Assembly: GCF_009914755.1 (NCBI RefSeq)
Contig: NC_060938.1
DNA length: 64,000 bases
From: the human T2T-CHM13v2.0 reference genome, Homo sapiens
Direction: 5' to 3' (one strand)
Shown: in pieces, positions 10,416-26,584 of the stretch
Layout of the letters: each line of letters starts with the position of its first letter
Numbering within the stretch: position 1 is the first letter of the stretch
Position numbers and translations under genes: made by a program
Notes under the pieces: model-generated
What the model saw: the letters and a program-made list of their open reading frames with translations, nothing else
Databases searched by the model: none
What the model was told of the DNA's origin: nothing

Positions 10416-12019
10416 AAAATTTTGAACAAGTGGAGGGAGAGAGTGTTCTATTTCTTGATTAGGCAATGGTATATGGGTATTCGCTTATCATGATTCATGA
10501 GTTGTACATTTATTTTTTACACCTTTCTGTATCCGTATTTTCATCATACATTAAATAAGAACTCCTTAGGCAATATATTTCTATATATATATTTTATGAG
10601 TATAGGTATAGATATATGCACATGAAACTGATATTCATTACATTAATAAAGCAGACTTAGAGAAGTGTGGTAAAGTTAATTTTTTCTTCTTTTATTCCTC
10701 TCTGCCATTTAACTTGCTATAGAAAATATAATCACTGTTAAGCATAAAAAAGGAAAATGTTATAAAGTGAGAGTAATATGATAATTAGTGCATTAAGACT
10801 GAACTGAAAGAGGTAAATTGCTTTTAAAGGTCACACTTAGAAGAGAGGAAATCCTTGAGAATCTACGTCCATTCAATCAGCCTTTTGTTCCATATGTGTG
10901 GAACTGACCAATATTACATTAAAGATGCATGCATTCTGTTTCTATAGAGGAAGAACATTGTAATGATACAATATGAAATAGATGAAGAACTCCTTAAATA
11001 TTGGGCTTGCATTAACATAAATCTGAAATTGAAATATTTTCAAAATGGTATACTTAAAGGTTAATGCAAAATAATTTAAAATGCATATCACACTATAAGA
11101 AAAAGTAAAGAGCTAGAACATTTTCAGTAATTATAAATTAAAGTTCAAATTTTCAGATAATTATTAGCTTAGTAAAAATGCACTATTTATTTGAAATCTC
11201 TCTTGTAAATTTAAAGTATTTAATAAGAATCTAAACTTAAGTTTTGTAATGACAGGACTGCTTCAAGCCTGTTGCATTTTTCAGTTATAATGGAATACAT
11301 TCAAATGCTACTTAGCATATTAAATGGCAGATCACTTTGCTATATATTTAGTGTTATCCAAGGTTGAGAAGACATTTTGTAAATATTTAAAAATTAGAAA
11401 CAAGGGACTGGTGTGCTAATTCCTTTTCTTCTCTACTTTATGCCTTAATAATTCATGTTCTTGACTCTTTAAATTGGTTTGTCCTCATAAGTTTGTTATG
11501 AGGAGAAAAGAAGGAGATAGTTTTGCTGATAAAAATGATAGCACTTCCTTTCAACTTAGTTAAGCTGCATTAGCCAGAGAGGCTAAGGCCGGAAGTCCTA
11601 AACTGAATGAAGAACAAGTGAGCTCAGAGGAAAGGCAGCCCACTAAGATATTCCCTGTGTATAGAATGCTAACTAGAGGCATGTTCAGCCTAAATCTATC
11701 ATTTCTGTCTGAGACTCTTGCCTGCCTTCTCTTACTCTTTGGCAATTTTTTCCCACTCAACAATGATGTTGTTAGCATAGAGAAAAATACTATAATGCTT
11801 AATAAATCACTTAGTAAATATTTTTTCAAATGTACTTATAAATTTTGGAGGCTGGAGTAAATAATTCAGGTAGTAGTTATAATATTATTAGCTAAATGTA
11901 CAATAAACGTCTTTAATGAAAACAACATTTGCCTCCTTTGTGATGTAGAATGCATTTAAATGATAATATAAACAATAACTATACTTAGATGTCAAAATAC
12001 CCCTCATGAGCTTTAAAAA

Positions 12020-13130
12020 ATATTTAAACATTTTAATTTAATAAATGTGTATTTTTGTTAAGCATTATGATAGGTGATGAACTATGGATATGAATAATAT
12101 AAATTCTGGTACCACAAATAAAAAACATAATAGACTCACTCTGTATAATGTAATGAGTACTTTAGCTGGGCTATGTACAAAATGCTATGCAAGTACAGTG
12201 AAGGTAATTAATTCTGTGTATTGAAAAAAGAGGAAGGCTTTGCAAAGATAATACATGACCTGAGAAACGTGAACTTATCTTTTTAGAGATAAATATATTT
12301 TGAGATAAAATATTCATAGAAGTAAAATATAATCAACTATATGGAGATATAAGAGCAAGAGATATAAAGTATTCTGAACTTTCTGAAGGTTAAATTGAAA
12401 AGGGCTGATGGAGCAATATCAGTTGGAGAGTTAGCTTTGGGCATGAATATGAAAGACAATGTATACTATACTAAAGATCTTGAAATATGTACTCTGGATA
12501 TTAGAGACCCATTAACCTTTTATTTTATTTTTTATTATTATGAGAAAAACATAACCAGATATATAACTTTAAAACAGAACATCAGGAGTCTTTAATAGAT
12601 TAATTGTAGAGTGGAAGGAACTGAAAGTAGAGTGAATTATTTGGTGGCTTTTAGACACTTAAAGCAAGCATAAAGAAGGCCTGCTGTGCATTACAGATGG
12701 CGTAAAATGGAGAAGCTCTCAGAATGACAAACAGTAAGACATAAACTGTAACATTTGAGTGATTAAGAAATGAGAATTGCTTATAACAATTCTCAGATTT
12801 CTAGCATTATGTTACTCTTAAATGAGTCATTAAACATGACATATTTGAGGTATAATTGTTGAATTTTGAAGTCAGTAAGAGGCAAAGTGGAGGAAGAGAT
12901 AGAAATATGATTGATTACATTGATGTACACATGGCGATTTATACCATAAGACATTATTAGATTGCCCTGAATTACAACATATATTCATAATAGGAAAAGG
13001 AGAAACTCACAGTGAAGTGATTTAAAGAACAGCAGAAGGCCAATGATGGGATCTTAGGGGTAAAAATAGTATCCCTAGGAAACAAGTTGTTTTTCAATGG
13101 CTTCTCAGTGTTGATTCTCTCAGAAATAGC
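12020..13130 (-). mobile_element. Highly diverged L2 remnant
   Basis: Purine-rich tract with weak L2-like motifs (AATAAATGTGTATTT..., TCTCAGATTTCTAGC). Confidence 0.35.
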
Positions 13131-15843
13131 CAAGAGCTTTTATAACAATGTAGACAGGTTTCACACAGAACATAATTCTTCTTTCTTTTTACAATAAAAA
13201 TTGTACAAAAATGTTTTTGAGGAGCTTTATTTGAAGTCATTTATTAATAGGATTGTACCTTAAAAATAGTATGTCCAAAATATTTCTATACTTTATCAAA
13301 AATATACTATTGTAAAATATTACACATCTATTTCAGTCATTTTTCATTCTGAATTTAAGAATGGCCAAAGGTTAGTTTAAAATAATTCAGTGCAATATAA
13401 TTTTTGCATACATTTTTATTTAGAGAAAAATAATAATAACATATGAGAAGGGAGACATGAGAACAATTTAAAATTTGTTGAAGAAGAACAGTCATTCAAA
13501 TCATAGCTATATAAACAGTCATAAAGATTGAAATAAAAAAGTTGCCTCTGTGCAGAGGAGAACATAAAGAGTAGACTTAGTGGTATTTTAATATAAGCTT
13601 ATTCAATAATTATTTTTAATATAATAAAATTTACTTACTTTGATGCTTTTGGGGTAATTAACCTTAGTGATAGAGAAATTGTACTTACAGTAATGGCCTT
13701 TACCATCCCCAAAATGTATAAAAACTTTTTCCTGAAAGGTGGGTGAAATCTGGTTTCAAGTGCTATTGACAATCTATATAGTCTGAAGTAACAAGTCCTA
13801 GCTCTGAGATGAGTATATACTCCATAAAGCCTTTTTACAAAGACAAATTTAAGTAAATCATTTATTTCCCCATTGAAGTTTTGAAAGCGAATGAGAAACA
13901 CTTGGCATTTATTTCTTTAGATCTTTTCTAATGTGAAGCAACTTTTCTAAGAATATAAAAAGAAAGCTTACTTTTCTAATGGAGGTAAATTTTCAGGCAA
14001 AATATCTTACAGGGATCATGTTTTAAAATATTGACTTTTTAATTGTATTGCTCTTAGTAAAAGTTAAATGTGGTAGAATATAATGCAAAAATATAAAATC
14101 ATTTAGTTTCAGTGACTTAACTATATAGGAGAAAGAAAAAACCCTCCAAAGACCAATTCCTTATTTAATTTTCAAATTAATACTTGACAAGTTCATTTTC
14201 TTGCATTGCTCTTACATAACAAAATGGTATAATTTATTAGCAAATCAAGAAAAGCTAAAATTATCAGAAAACTTATAATTTTTTTCTGAAATAATTTCAA
14301 ATATTTTAAAAGCATAGAATTTAATAGTTAAAACTTTTAAATTCATGTTTTGGTCACACCAGTTTAGCATTTCTCAAAGAGAAGACAAAAATGACAGTGT
14401 TTTAATAATAAATAATAAGTGGTGGGGAATTGAGTAGCCAAGCTTGCTACACATAATTTTTAAAATATTAGTTGCAAGACAATAAAAAAGTGCCAACTCT
14501 CATAGTTCCATTGTTCTCTATACCTTCAAACACTAGAGAAGGACAATTATAATGTACATTGATGTATTTTATTCATTTTACAAAAACACATGGTCATAGA
14601 ACGTTACTGACTCAGATAAACACACAGTAAGGATAATAGTCTCTGCAGTGGGTCTGTTATAAGCATTAAACTTTGTATGAACTTGACTTTGTACACTTTC
14701 TATAGAACTCTCACTCTGATAATACCTTTTCAGGATGAGTACTGTTGCAAATAACATCTGTTCACAAGATTTCAATGGCCTCAGTTCAGATGACACAGTT
14801 TCCCACATATTGTCTTCAATAAAATTTCAACTCATAAACACATACAAAAAATCCAAAGAAAGATAAAAATTCTTAGTGTTTTTAATGTGCAAATTAATCA
14901 AATATCAAATGTAAATAACTTTAAACCTAGAGAAGCAAAAGAATAATCCGATATTTAATAACCAAACGAGATTTTCCTAAAATAAATATTGAATTAGCTA
15001 AATAAATTGTGGAAACTTAAAGCTTCTGTCATTGAAATGTTATAGAAATAAAATAGTTTCCTAAGTATTTTTACTATAATGAACTCCTTTTCCCATTGGC
15101 TGATGGCTCTAGGGCATTGCACAACAACCTGTGAAAATGTTGATTTAGATAATCATTAATTATTTTGAGGATCATATATTAATATAAAATCAGTTGTTTA
15201 TTTTTTGATGTCTTTATGTTCTGTAGTCATTTGCAAATTGTAGTGTGGATTCTCATGATGGTTTTACTGATGGAGGAAATAAGGAGCATATGTGGTTATC
15301 ATAGTCTCTAAGGCTCTCACTGAGCTTGCCCTTTCCTCTCTCTCATCACGTTTTCTGCGACCACTGTCATTTCTCACTGCACTAAAGGCTTTTTCACCTC
15401 TTTGTAGATCTGCATTCAGAAAACAAAAGGATTTTTCTCAAAACCGATTTTTTTTCTCTTCTTTTATTCTCTGCTTAAAATTATCTTCTCACATATCTAT
15501 ACCTAAGGAGATCTCCTTTGGTATTCAGGATTTTTTCCACTCATTGATAATAATAAAAAATGCTTTACAAAATAAAATTTAAAATATATTCTTTGTGTTA
15601 TTAAAGAACTTACCATGAGATAAAACACAATGAGAAATTCAAAGGCCGATTTTTGCATGAAGTCTGTGATCAGAGGGGCAAGGCAGTTATGAGCATTAAA
15701 TTTATTTATTGTATCACATAGACATTTACCTATATAGCAAAGATTGTGACCAGAGCCACTGATGGTGGGAAGTCTTGTTATAGATCTCATTTCAGATGAA
15801 GTGAGTCAGAGGAGACAAAGTCTCTCAGATGGAGACCATTATA

Positions 15844-16134
15844 TTTGGTGCTGATATCTGCTTGCCTTCTGGGGAGAACTCAGGGAGCTTTTACTCATGG
15901 TGGAAGGCAAAGCAGGAGCAGGCACTTCATGTGGCAAGAGAGCAAGCTGCGGGGGGAGGAGTCACACCCTTTGAAACAACTAGATCTCACCAGAACTTAC
16001 TACTACAAGGATAGCAACAAGCCATGAGGGATCTGCCCCGATTTCCCAAACACCTCCTACCAGGCCCCATGTCCAACATTGAGGATTACATTTCAACATG
16101 AGATTCGGTGGGAACACAGATCCAAACCATATTA
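15844..16134 (-). mobile_element. MSTB-type MaLR LTR (partial)
   Basis: GGGAGCTTTTACTCATGGTGGAAGGCAAAGCAGGAGCAGGC...ATTACATTTCAACATGAGATT...CCAAACCATATTA. Confidence 0.8.
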
Positions 16135-19100
16135 CCAATCTATTTATTTTTATGTAAATATTATTTTTAAGTATTGTTAACAAATCCTGTTGTCATATAC
16201 AATGAATGGTGATGTAACATGCCAATTTTAAAAATGTATAAAATAATTATATGGAAAGATAGAATATTGTGGAACATTGTATATTTTGAATAATATTTTG
16301 AACTTTAAAATTTTTTCTAATTAAATTCATCGAAATAAAACTGATTTGTGAAAATATTTTCCATGTCAAGACTTCTGCAAATTTCGCTTACCTAATTGAG
16401 AATATATAAATCATATTTTACCATCTAATTTAGTAAATAATACAGTGCAGTAGCAACAGATTTCCTGTATCTATTTTAACTTTAAATGGGTGCTTATTTG
16501 AAATAATGCTACACTAAAAGTAATTTACATCTTATATCATTTTTGTATGCTATGAAAGCTTTAAACCTTTCAAAATAATGAAAAGCGAGGCTTAGGAGAA
16601 TGAGATTTTCTGTCCTGAAAGGCAGAAAAAAAATCCTATCTATGCTATTCAGTTATTACCATGTGTTGGTTTCAGATCTAACTCTGACCTTAATTTCATG
16701 CTGCCTGCTTCAGTTCTGCTTTGTACACAAAAGTGATAAAATATCTTCAGTGTGTGAATATACCTTGTTTACACAACAGTCAAGTTATTTGAAAGGATTT
16801 TATTTTTTTAAAAATGCAAGAATATAAAACCTTCATTCACTCTGAAGTGCTCTTGGAAACTTATCTTCTATTGTGATAAATTGTGTCTCTGATACAAATC
16901 AGAAGTTTTATCCCATCTAAGATCCCCTCTCTTTAGTTTACTAACGAGGATTTGTATTCAGAGCCATTCAGATAGTGAAAAACTATTTTCTTTATTACCT
17001 GAATTTTATTTTGTTAATGTTTTTCTGAAAAGTCGGTTTACTGAACATTGAAAGGATTCATATTATTTATTAATGTTAAGGTCACTAGTCTTTGGAGATG
17101 AAATCATAGCAAGTTTGAAGTTTATTTGAGCTACTTCTAAATTATTGAAACATATTTATTAGGAGTCTATTGTTGCAAAAGTTGAGTTTTCAGTAAATTA
17201 AATTTCACCAATACTCTAGTAAAAATAACTCAAAATATAGCCCTAACAATACCCTATCATGTACTTTTTGAAGGAAGAATATAAGTATATGAAAAGGAAA
17301 GCTCAAATTAGAAGTTGTTTAGTTAAATTATATTTCTACACTGGTGTGGCAAAAGTTCAGAAATAAAGTGGCATATCAGGAATAAAATCAGCTATTTTGA
17401 TGCTATTATCTAGTAAAATTTTATGGGGTTGCTGTTTTTAACAGTTGGGAATATTTAAATATTCTACAAATTTTACAGGTGGTTGGAAACAAATATTGTT
17501 ATGGGATTCTTACAACTATTAACGACATGGAGGTACAAATTCTGGTTAGACTTTTGAGAAGAAATTAACATGATACATAGTGAGATAAATGAAAATTAGT
17601 AGGTGTGGCAAAGTAAATGAAATTTTTAAATTCTATAATGGAAGCAATGACAGTATAAGTTTTGTCAGGACAGAAAGAAACTGTTAGGACAATGCATCCA
17701 CTGCGTCATACAGGACATTTAACAAAGAAACAGACAAGTATGTCTCAGTAATTTAGAAATGGTTCCACCTTTGTTATAGAAAAGATTTCTCACATCCCCC
17801 TCCATAATTTAGATTCTTTTTTTTAAAAAAAATTGTTACCAAAAAAGAATAAAAGTATCACATTGAAATATCTATATTTATATTCAACAATGGAAGTAAT
17901 CATTAATACATTCATGTGTAAATTTCTAGCTCCTTTTAGTGTGCACATTACTCTTTGAAACCTGTTTTTTCACTTAAAAAGATTGCATGCCAAATTATAT
18001 AAAATTTTCTGATTTGGGGGTTTACTAGACTAAACTTGAATAACACTTCAAGCATCATACTTGTGAACAGTAAAATTTTGTTTGCTCTGTGAAGTAAAAC
18101 TATTCATTAAATTGATGTCTATTTTATTATAGAAATAATTTTAGGTCATTTCTTATAGATGTATTTTATAATTTAACCTATCACTAGATGAAAGGTAAGA
18201 CTGACATCTAATTTTTTATTGTAAGACTATTTAGAAAATCTATTTCTATAGTCATGCTGATATATACTACTTTAACTGGGTATGTAAAAATTGCAATTAA
18301 TTGATTACAAATTCTTTTGAATTCTTTTATATTTATTTCAAACATATAATTTTGCAATGTCAACAAATTCTGTTCAAAAGAATATAATGTAAAATTAGCA
18401 AAAAAGAAAAAATAATAGAAAGGCAACTGTTCAGATTGGACCAGGGTGGTATTTCAATAAATGCATATTTCTTGTACTTCTCTCAGTTCCTAGGTGAGAC
18501 TGGGGCACCACCTCAGAATCCATTAGATCCTTTTCATTTATTAGACAGAATTCCTTATAAACCTGCGTATTTCATGTTCTTTCCAGTGCTTTCCCTTACT
18601 GGCCAGCAGCCCCAGTGATTTTGCAGAGGATGGGCCATAAAAGACGTCCCCACTCTTTATAGAGTTTTCCAGGTCAGAGTCTGCTGCCTGTGCCAACTGT
18701 CTCCCCTGTGCTTGTCTGTAGGCCAAACCTGCTTCCATGAACTTGCTTGATTCTTCCTTGGTTTTCATGTTGAATACAATTTCATCTGGTTCAGAGACTC
18801 TGAGTCAGTTTATAATGATCTAAATTTAATTAGCTACCTGTCAGTCTCATGTATTTCTTCTCCTAACTCTGCCTCCCAAATTTCCAAAGTGCTTAGAAGG
18901 CAAATTCTGCCCTCACCCCTCTTATCTGTACTTTGATCTTCTGTTAAAGCAATATATTTTAAACATTTTCCCCTAGAAATAAAAGAGCAATATTTTTGAC
19001 ATATTTGTGCTGAGTAAGGTATGGAAGAATTACATTTCTAAGTAAGTATAAATATAAACATAGAGCAACAAAAGTAATTAGAGACATTCTTTTTTTCAAA

Positions 19101-19414
19101 ATTCAAACACCTTTTCTGTAGGTGTTTGACTATGGTGCTTGACTCTAAAATAAAATTACTTTTTTTATGACGTTTGGAATTGAAAGATAAAAATGTGAGT
19201 TATTTTTTTTTTTACCTGTTTTATCTATTTTGTTTTGTTTTGATGCATAAGCCTATTTTGAGGACATAAGTTAAATATGAAGTAACTGGGCTGGCTAAGA
19301 CTCCACTGAATCAAACAAACTTACCCACCCAGTCTCAGTCAGCACTGAGCAACTTCAGGTTTCTGTAGTGCTCAGCATGCAAGGAGAGAATAGCACAGAA
19401 GGCACTTTCTCTGA

Positions 19415-19934
<520 letters not shown>

Positions 19935-21289
19935 TAAAAATAACATTTACTTTTCCCTTTATCTCATCCTTTAACGGAAGAGGCACTAAAGATTAATGTG
20001 AACTCTAATGACTTATTATATTACAAAATACACTTTGCAGAATTCCCTCAAAATTCCTTTTGGCAAGGATTCATTTAAATCAAAACTAAAACAAAAATTA
20101 AATATCCCCTCAACACAAAATATTCTGTCACGGTGACTTTCCATTTTATACCTTAAATGAAGCATTTTAATATTATTAAAAATAAAAAAATTAAACTATA
20201 ATTTATTCAAGTTCTTCAACATAAAATCCTTATTCAGCTAGATCTGTCTTGCATGGTATGTTCTTTTCAGCCTATAACTATGTAATAGGAGAAAGTGATT
20301 TGGATTCCTTGAGGCTCTTTTCATGAACTAAAATATATATTTCTGCATTTGGAGTTTCTTTCTAGCAGTTATTCTACAACCCTAATATATGCTTCACACA
20401 GCAGCCACATCTGTTCCACCACAGGTGATACAGGAAAAGCTTCTACGGAATTGCTCAAGCACTCAATAAAGCAGTTAGGCAGATGTCTTTGACTTTCTTT
20501 GGTGTGCAATTTTGTTAGGTTTCATGCTGATTATGCAACAAACTGCTAAAAGAGCTCAATTGTGAAATATTATTGACTATATTTTGAAAAGCTGGATTTA
20601 AATTTCAAATCTTAATTGTACAGCTGCTTATACAATGTGTCTAGAAGAGAAGTTAAAAGATTGACTCTTTGGTGGGTGAACTGCCTGAAAGAAAAGCAGG
20701 TAACCACATAAGGCTCTTATATAGCACCTACATATTATTAGGTGTGTCAGCCCTTTTAAAATGTGGCTTCACACTCAACCAATGTTATCATTAAAGAACA
20801 GTGGGACTCAATAGCTAATGCTTATCTTTTTTTACCTGCTAAGATAAAAGTAAGATAAAGGAGCTCATTAAAATACCTGTCTCTACTTCCTGAGCTATCC
20901 TGATAATGGTTAATGGGACCCGTGGTTCCCCTTAAAAGTCTGCAAAGGCATGCGTAATAGCTTGGCTTAGAGTTAGGTGAGGAAGGTTACATACTCTTAA
21001 CCTGAGCTACTCCATGTATAGCTGAATAGATGAATGACTTGGCATTGATGCCAATGTATTCTTAATAATATTAGATATATTAATATGTCCTTACTTTTAG
21101 GGGTTTAAAATAGTCTGCATAGTATATTTAAGGGTAAGGGAAAATGGCCTTAAGGCCATTCTTAAGAATTTAGGTTTTAAACCTGATTGATAATTGTACC
21201 TGCCCTCTGAGAAGTGTTCTGCTCTAAATTTAGAGAAGTGATAAGAGTTCTTCCATTTTAGCTTTTGTATTGTCGGCAGATCTTGTGGA

Positions 21290-21700
21290 TGAGAACATAT
21301 GAAATATGTATTAAGTACCCACATTTTGCTAGTTACTACTCTAGGAGCTGAAAATACAATAGAAAAATAAAGGATCTCCTTTAATATGGAACTTATAATG
21401 GAAGATGGCAGACAATATGTATATCTGTATATGAATATATGGATAAACAAATTGTACATCTATATATTTTATTTATATATCCATTATATTTAACTGTGTA
21501 TTTGTTACATTTATATATTATCAGTATATAAATAGCATGGTAGATATCAGTGAGTGCAATGTAGACAAATATATATGGGAACAGGAGAAGACACGTCCTT
21601 CTCCTGGGTGCAGTTTTCAACAGGGTGGTTTGGTAAAGCCTCGATGAGTAGATTTCCAACAGCCATGGACATATCTAGGTGTGTGTTCTTGACAGAGAAG
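21290..21700 (-). mobile_element. L2 3'-end remnant interrupted by AT-rich low-complexity DNA
   Basis: AAATATGTATTAAGTACCCAC...CTCTAGGAGCTG...ATGGAACTTATA resembles the antisense L2 3' end. Confidence 0.45.
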
Positions 21701-24625
21701 AGTTGCATTTATTAAATTCACTTCCTATGTTACTGAAGTTGACTTAAAATAAGAGAAGAGCAAAGCTGATGAATTTTTACTTATTTTTTTGACTGGATGC
21801 CACGATGTGATAAATAATGGGAAGAAAATGCCAGTGACAGCTTCAGTGGGAAAATGACTTGTTGGTAAGTTATCTGGGTTGAACACTAAAGCCACTGAAC
21901 CTGATTTGTGACCACGAGCTCACTCAAATTACAATTGAGATTCAAATAAAATTAGGCAGAAAATTCAACTGAAGATTCTTACTCTCATTAATTAAAATGA
22001 ATGCTCATGACGTTAATTAACTACCTAAGCAAAAAGAGAGGCTTAACTTCAGGTGTTTAAGAAGTAAAGGGGAAGTGGTCTTAAATAAACCTTTGCTATA
22101 TAGTCTAAGAAAATAAAAAGCAACTGCTGTTTAATATTTTGGCTGCCAGCTGATTATTAACAAATATAATAATACTGAATGAATATACTGACTGGTTTAT
22201 TGATAACTAGGTAAATGAGGTTGTATGAATGTACAAATTAAAATAACACCTGTGAATCTGGCATGAAGTACATGTTAAGCTCATGCTAGTTATTGTGAAA
22301 GAAAACACACCAAAATTTAGAGAAAAAAAAAAGCCTATATAAACCCCACCAACCTTAAAATATTCCTGGGATCTAGTTCTTCATTGGAGTCATTTACCAC
22401 CCCAAGACTGAAGAGAGGATTTATTCCAATAGAGTTGGACTCTTGGGGAAGAAGATAGGATAGTGATCATGGAATTTTCAGTTTATGTAATAATTCATTG
22501 AACTATGTGGATAAGATATTAATTTGCCCAAACTTCATTAGCCTTGTAACTTCTTAGATAGCTTCCAAACCTTAGAGAGATCTAATCTGTACCCATGACT
22601 GTCTACCCATCTTTCTTTTCATCAATCAATGGGTAGCCGTGGACATAAATCAAATCAATGTTAGATATCAATATTAAATGGCAATCTCACTAAAAATAAG
22701 AAACATATTTTAATGCATATATTATTTGGTTAAGATTAAAACAAACATTGACTCATATTTTGAATTAGATATTATTCATATCTCATAATTACTATCCTTC
22801 TGAAATCTCAAGTATCTTAGTCTTCCTAATTTTCATTCAACCTATATTCCGTCTTTACACAGAGAACTGAGAAGAGTTCATTAAAGAGATATAACTGGAT
22901 ATCTTGCATTCTCTTGTTTTTTATCTTATATTTAATTGGAATCTTCTATAATTGTCTGCTTAATTTTCTTGTTGAAATAACTATTGTCTCCAGTTTTTTG
23001 TTTTTTGTTTTTTTAATTTACTCCAGGAAGCGTTCAATTTCCAGTGGGCAATTCTGAGTCTTTACATTCTGTTTACTTTTTTGTGTCCCTGTCCTCTCCC
23101 TCACCTCTAGCGTCTGTTTCCTCCCATTGTTTATTGTTCTATGTTCTCCTAAGCACGGCACACAAATAGTATCTATTTTCTTCTTCTTCCCCCACTCTCT
23201 ATTTTTCCCAATTCTTCTAGGTGAAAACGGTTTTGTGTTTTTCCTACAAGAAACAAAACCATTTTGAAAAGACCTAACTACTCATAAATTTCCTGGCATA
23301 ATGATCTCTCAAATTACAAACCCTACATCTTCAAATCCAGACCAGGAATTCCCTGAAAGAAGTAACCAGGTTTAATTTTTGTACTTTGTGGCTAATTTAT
23401 ATACTAGGTGTTCACTCAGTAATTTGAACCTAGACCTGTTTCATTTAACATGCTACCTTCAGGGAGAAAAAGAAAAAATGGAGAAATGATGTAAAAATTT
23501 AAGAGAACTTAGGGATTGATAAAATATTAAAGAGTAGAGAAGCATCTAAGAGAATCAGTGATTTTAAGGCCTAATTACTGGGAGCCATGCATCTTCATGA
23601 ATAGGGATAAAGTATGTAGGGATGGAGAATTATGAATATGTGTTAGAGCTATTGAAACTGATTTTACATGTGAAACGTCTCGGAAGATTTTGCAGGATAA
23701 AGTCTAGTCTTGGGAAGTAGGAAGTAGGGATGGATATTAGTGAAAGTACGTTGCATAAATGTTTTAGGTATTGATTTTATTAACTTTTAAAATTCACTGT
23801 GTTATGTATAGTTATAAACACAGTTTTCTCAGAGAACTCTGGCAAGGACAAGCCACTCTATTGGTTTGCATACGTGAGTCATTTGTGAAACCATCAAAAG
23901 AATCACTAATCACTAAATGACTATTGAAGATATTTACTCATCCTCTACTATAAATTATAAAGTTTTAAAATAATAATCACAATCATTTATACTTGGATCC
24001 TTTTTTGGAAATCATAAAAGAGTAATTATGATTGAACAGTGGAAGAAAGCACACAGAAGTGACGACCTTCATGTTTAAAGTATATAATCACATTTAACTT
24101 TTCATTATTTTATAATTTGCACAATAATGTACATTGCTATGCTATGTCCCTACTCTTTTCTCTCTAGTTCAAATGATCACATCATTCATCAAAAATAAAA
24201 TGTTCTCATAATCTATTTCACTCTACTTTTTATAGTAACCCATTCTTCTGAATATTGAAGAAATCAATACACATATCTGTGGAAAAAGGGACAATTGTCA
24301 TGATGATGATAGTAATATTTTGTAAAGTCACTTTCAGATTTATTGTAAAATTTTGTTTAAAATGTTCATGGGATAAGTTGGGACCATAATTCTACCTTTT
24401 AAAATTGTACCTATACATTTAAAAATTTAAGAAAATCGAATTTTAACCTGGATTTGTCTCTATGTCAGGTATTTGGCTACCTTTCTAGAAATTGTTTTTT
24501 CTTTATTTATTTGTAATGTTTTGAGAATATTGACTAACACTAATAATTCGCCCACATTTATATAAAACATGCAGCGAGGCGGGGAACACTAAATAAATAT
24601 GTTCTAGATTTAGAAGCTCTACTGG

Positions 24626-24990
<365 letters not shown>

Positions 24991-25209
24991 TCATCTATTT
25001 CTGACAATGCTAACTCCTAAATATCTACTATATATTTGTAATTCTTTTGTATTTCAATGTACTGTCTTCTCTCATCTGATTAATCTAACAGTCTGCTATT
25101 TCATTTAACCACTCTGGGCCCCATTTCCTTTTACCATCTGTTATTTTAATTCAATTTTTATTTTTCAAAAAATGGATTATAATTTTATTTCCAAATTAAA
25201 TTTTTAAAG

Positions 25210-26195
25210 GCCTTCTATTCTTAGGGCAATTTTAGGTTCACAGCAAAATTGAGAAGGTACAGAGATTTCTCATACACTTCTGCCCCTATATATTTATAAT
25301 CTCCCCCATTATTAACACCCTCCACCAGAATGGTACATCAGCTACAACTGATGAAACTATCTTGACGCACATTCTCACCCAAAGTCCATAGTTTACATGT
25401 GAGTTAATATTAGTGTCATACATTCTACAATTTGGACAAATTTATAAAGACCCACATTCACCATTGTAGTATCATACAGAGTAGTTTCATTGCTCTAATA
25501 TTCTTCTCTGCTGTGACTATTCATCCTTCTCTTCCTGCCTCCTAGTACCTGGCAACCACTGATCTTTTTACTGTCTTCATAGCTTTGCCTTTTTAGGAAT
25601 TTCGTATAGTTGTTATCTTACACTATGTAGCCTTAAGATTCCCTTATTTTACTTAGTAAGATTTCATTTACATTTCCTCCATGTCACTTCATGGCTTGGT
25701 AGAACTCATTTATTTTTAACACTGACTAATATTCCATTCTCTGGATGTACCAAGTTTATTTACCCATTCACCCACTGAAGGATATCTTGGTTGCTTTTGA
25801 GTTTTTCTAATTATGAATAAAGGTGCTATAAATATCTGTGTGCAGATTTATGTGTGGACATAAATTTTCAACTCCTTTGGATAAATATTGAGCATGATTG
25901 CTGGATCATATGATAAGAATATGTTTAGTTTTGTAAGTGACTGCCAAACTGTCTTGCAAAGTGAATGTACCATTTTGACTTCCCCCAGCAATGAATGAGG
26001 ATTCCTATTGCTCCATATCCTCATCAGCATTTGGTGTTCTGAATTTTGGCCATTTTAATAAGTCAGCAGTGATATCTCATTGCTTTAATTTGCATTTCCC
26101 CAATGACATGTAATGTAAAGTGTCTTCATATGCTCATTTGCCATATGCATATTTTCTTTGGCGAGGTATTTGTTAAAGTCTTTGGCCCATTTTTA
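25210..26195 (-). mobile_element. L1M (L1MB/MC-type) 3' end, antisense
   Basis: TTTTAGGTTCACAGCAAAATTGAG, CTGGCAACCACTGATCTTTT, GCCAAACTGTCTTGCAAAGTG, TTAATTTGCATTTCCC. Confidence 0.85.
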
Positions 26196-26469
26196 TTTTC
26201 TTTAACATGCAAATTATATTATGTCACAGTCGAGCCCTTCTCCGTTCTTCATTCCTACACTCTAAACTTATATACCTTTGGTGGATACCTAATGCTTTTA
26301 GAATAAAGCCTCAAACTCTTACAAAGTTGATAAGGCCTTGGGTAATCTGGTTTTCATTTTACCTCGCCAGCCTTGTCTAGACTTCTCTGCACTGATCCTC
26401 TGCTAATCTTTCAGTCCTTCAACTGTGCCAAGTTGCCTTTGCCAGTAACATCTCTATGAACACAGTTCT

Positions 26470-26584
26470 TTTAGCCATAGACAATAGGTAAACAGATGGG
26501 TGCAGCTGTGCTCCAATAAAACTTCATTTATGAAATAGGTGGTGGACTATATTCGACTTGGGGGATTCAGTTTGTTCATCCCTG
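26470..26584 (+). mobile_element. MER58 (hAT-Charlie) fragment
   Basis: AGCCATAGACAATA...GCTGTGCTCCAATAAAACTT...AGTTTGTTCATCCCTG terminal motif. Confidence 0.7.
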
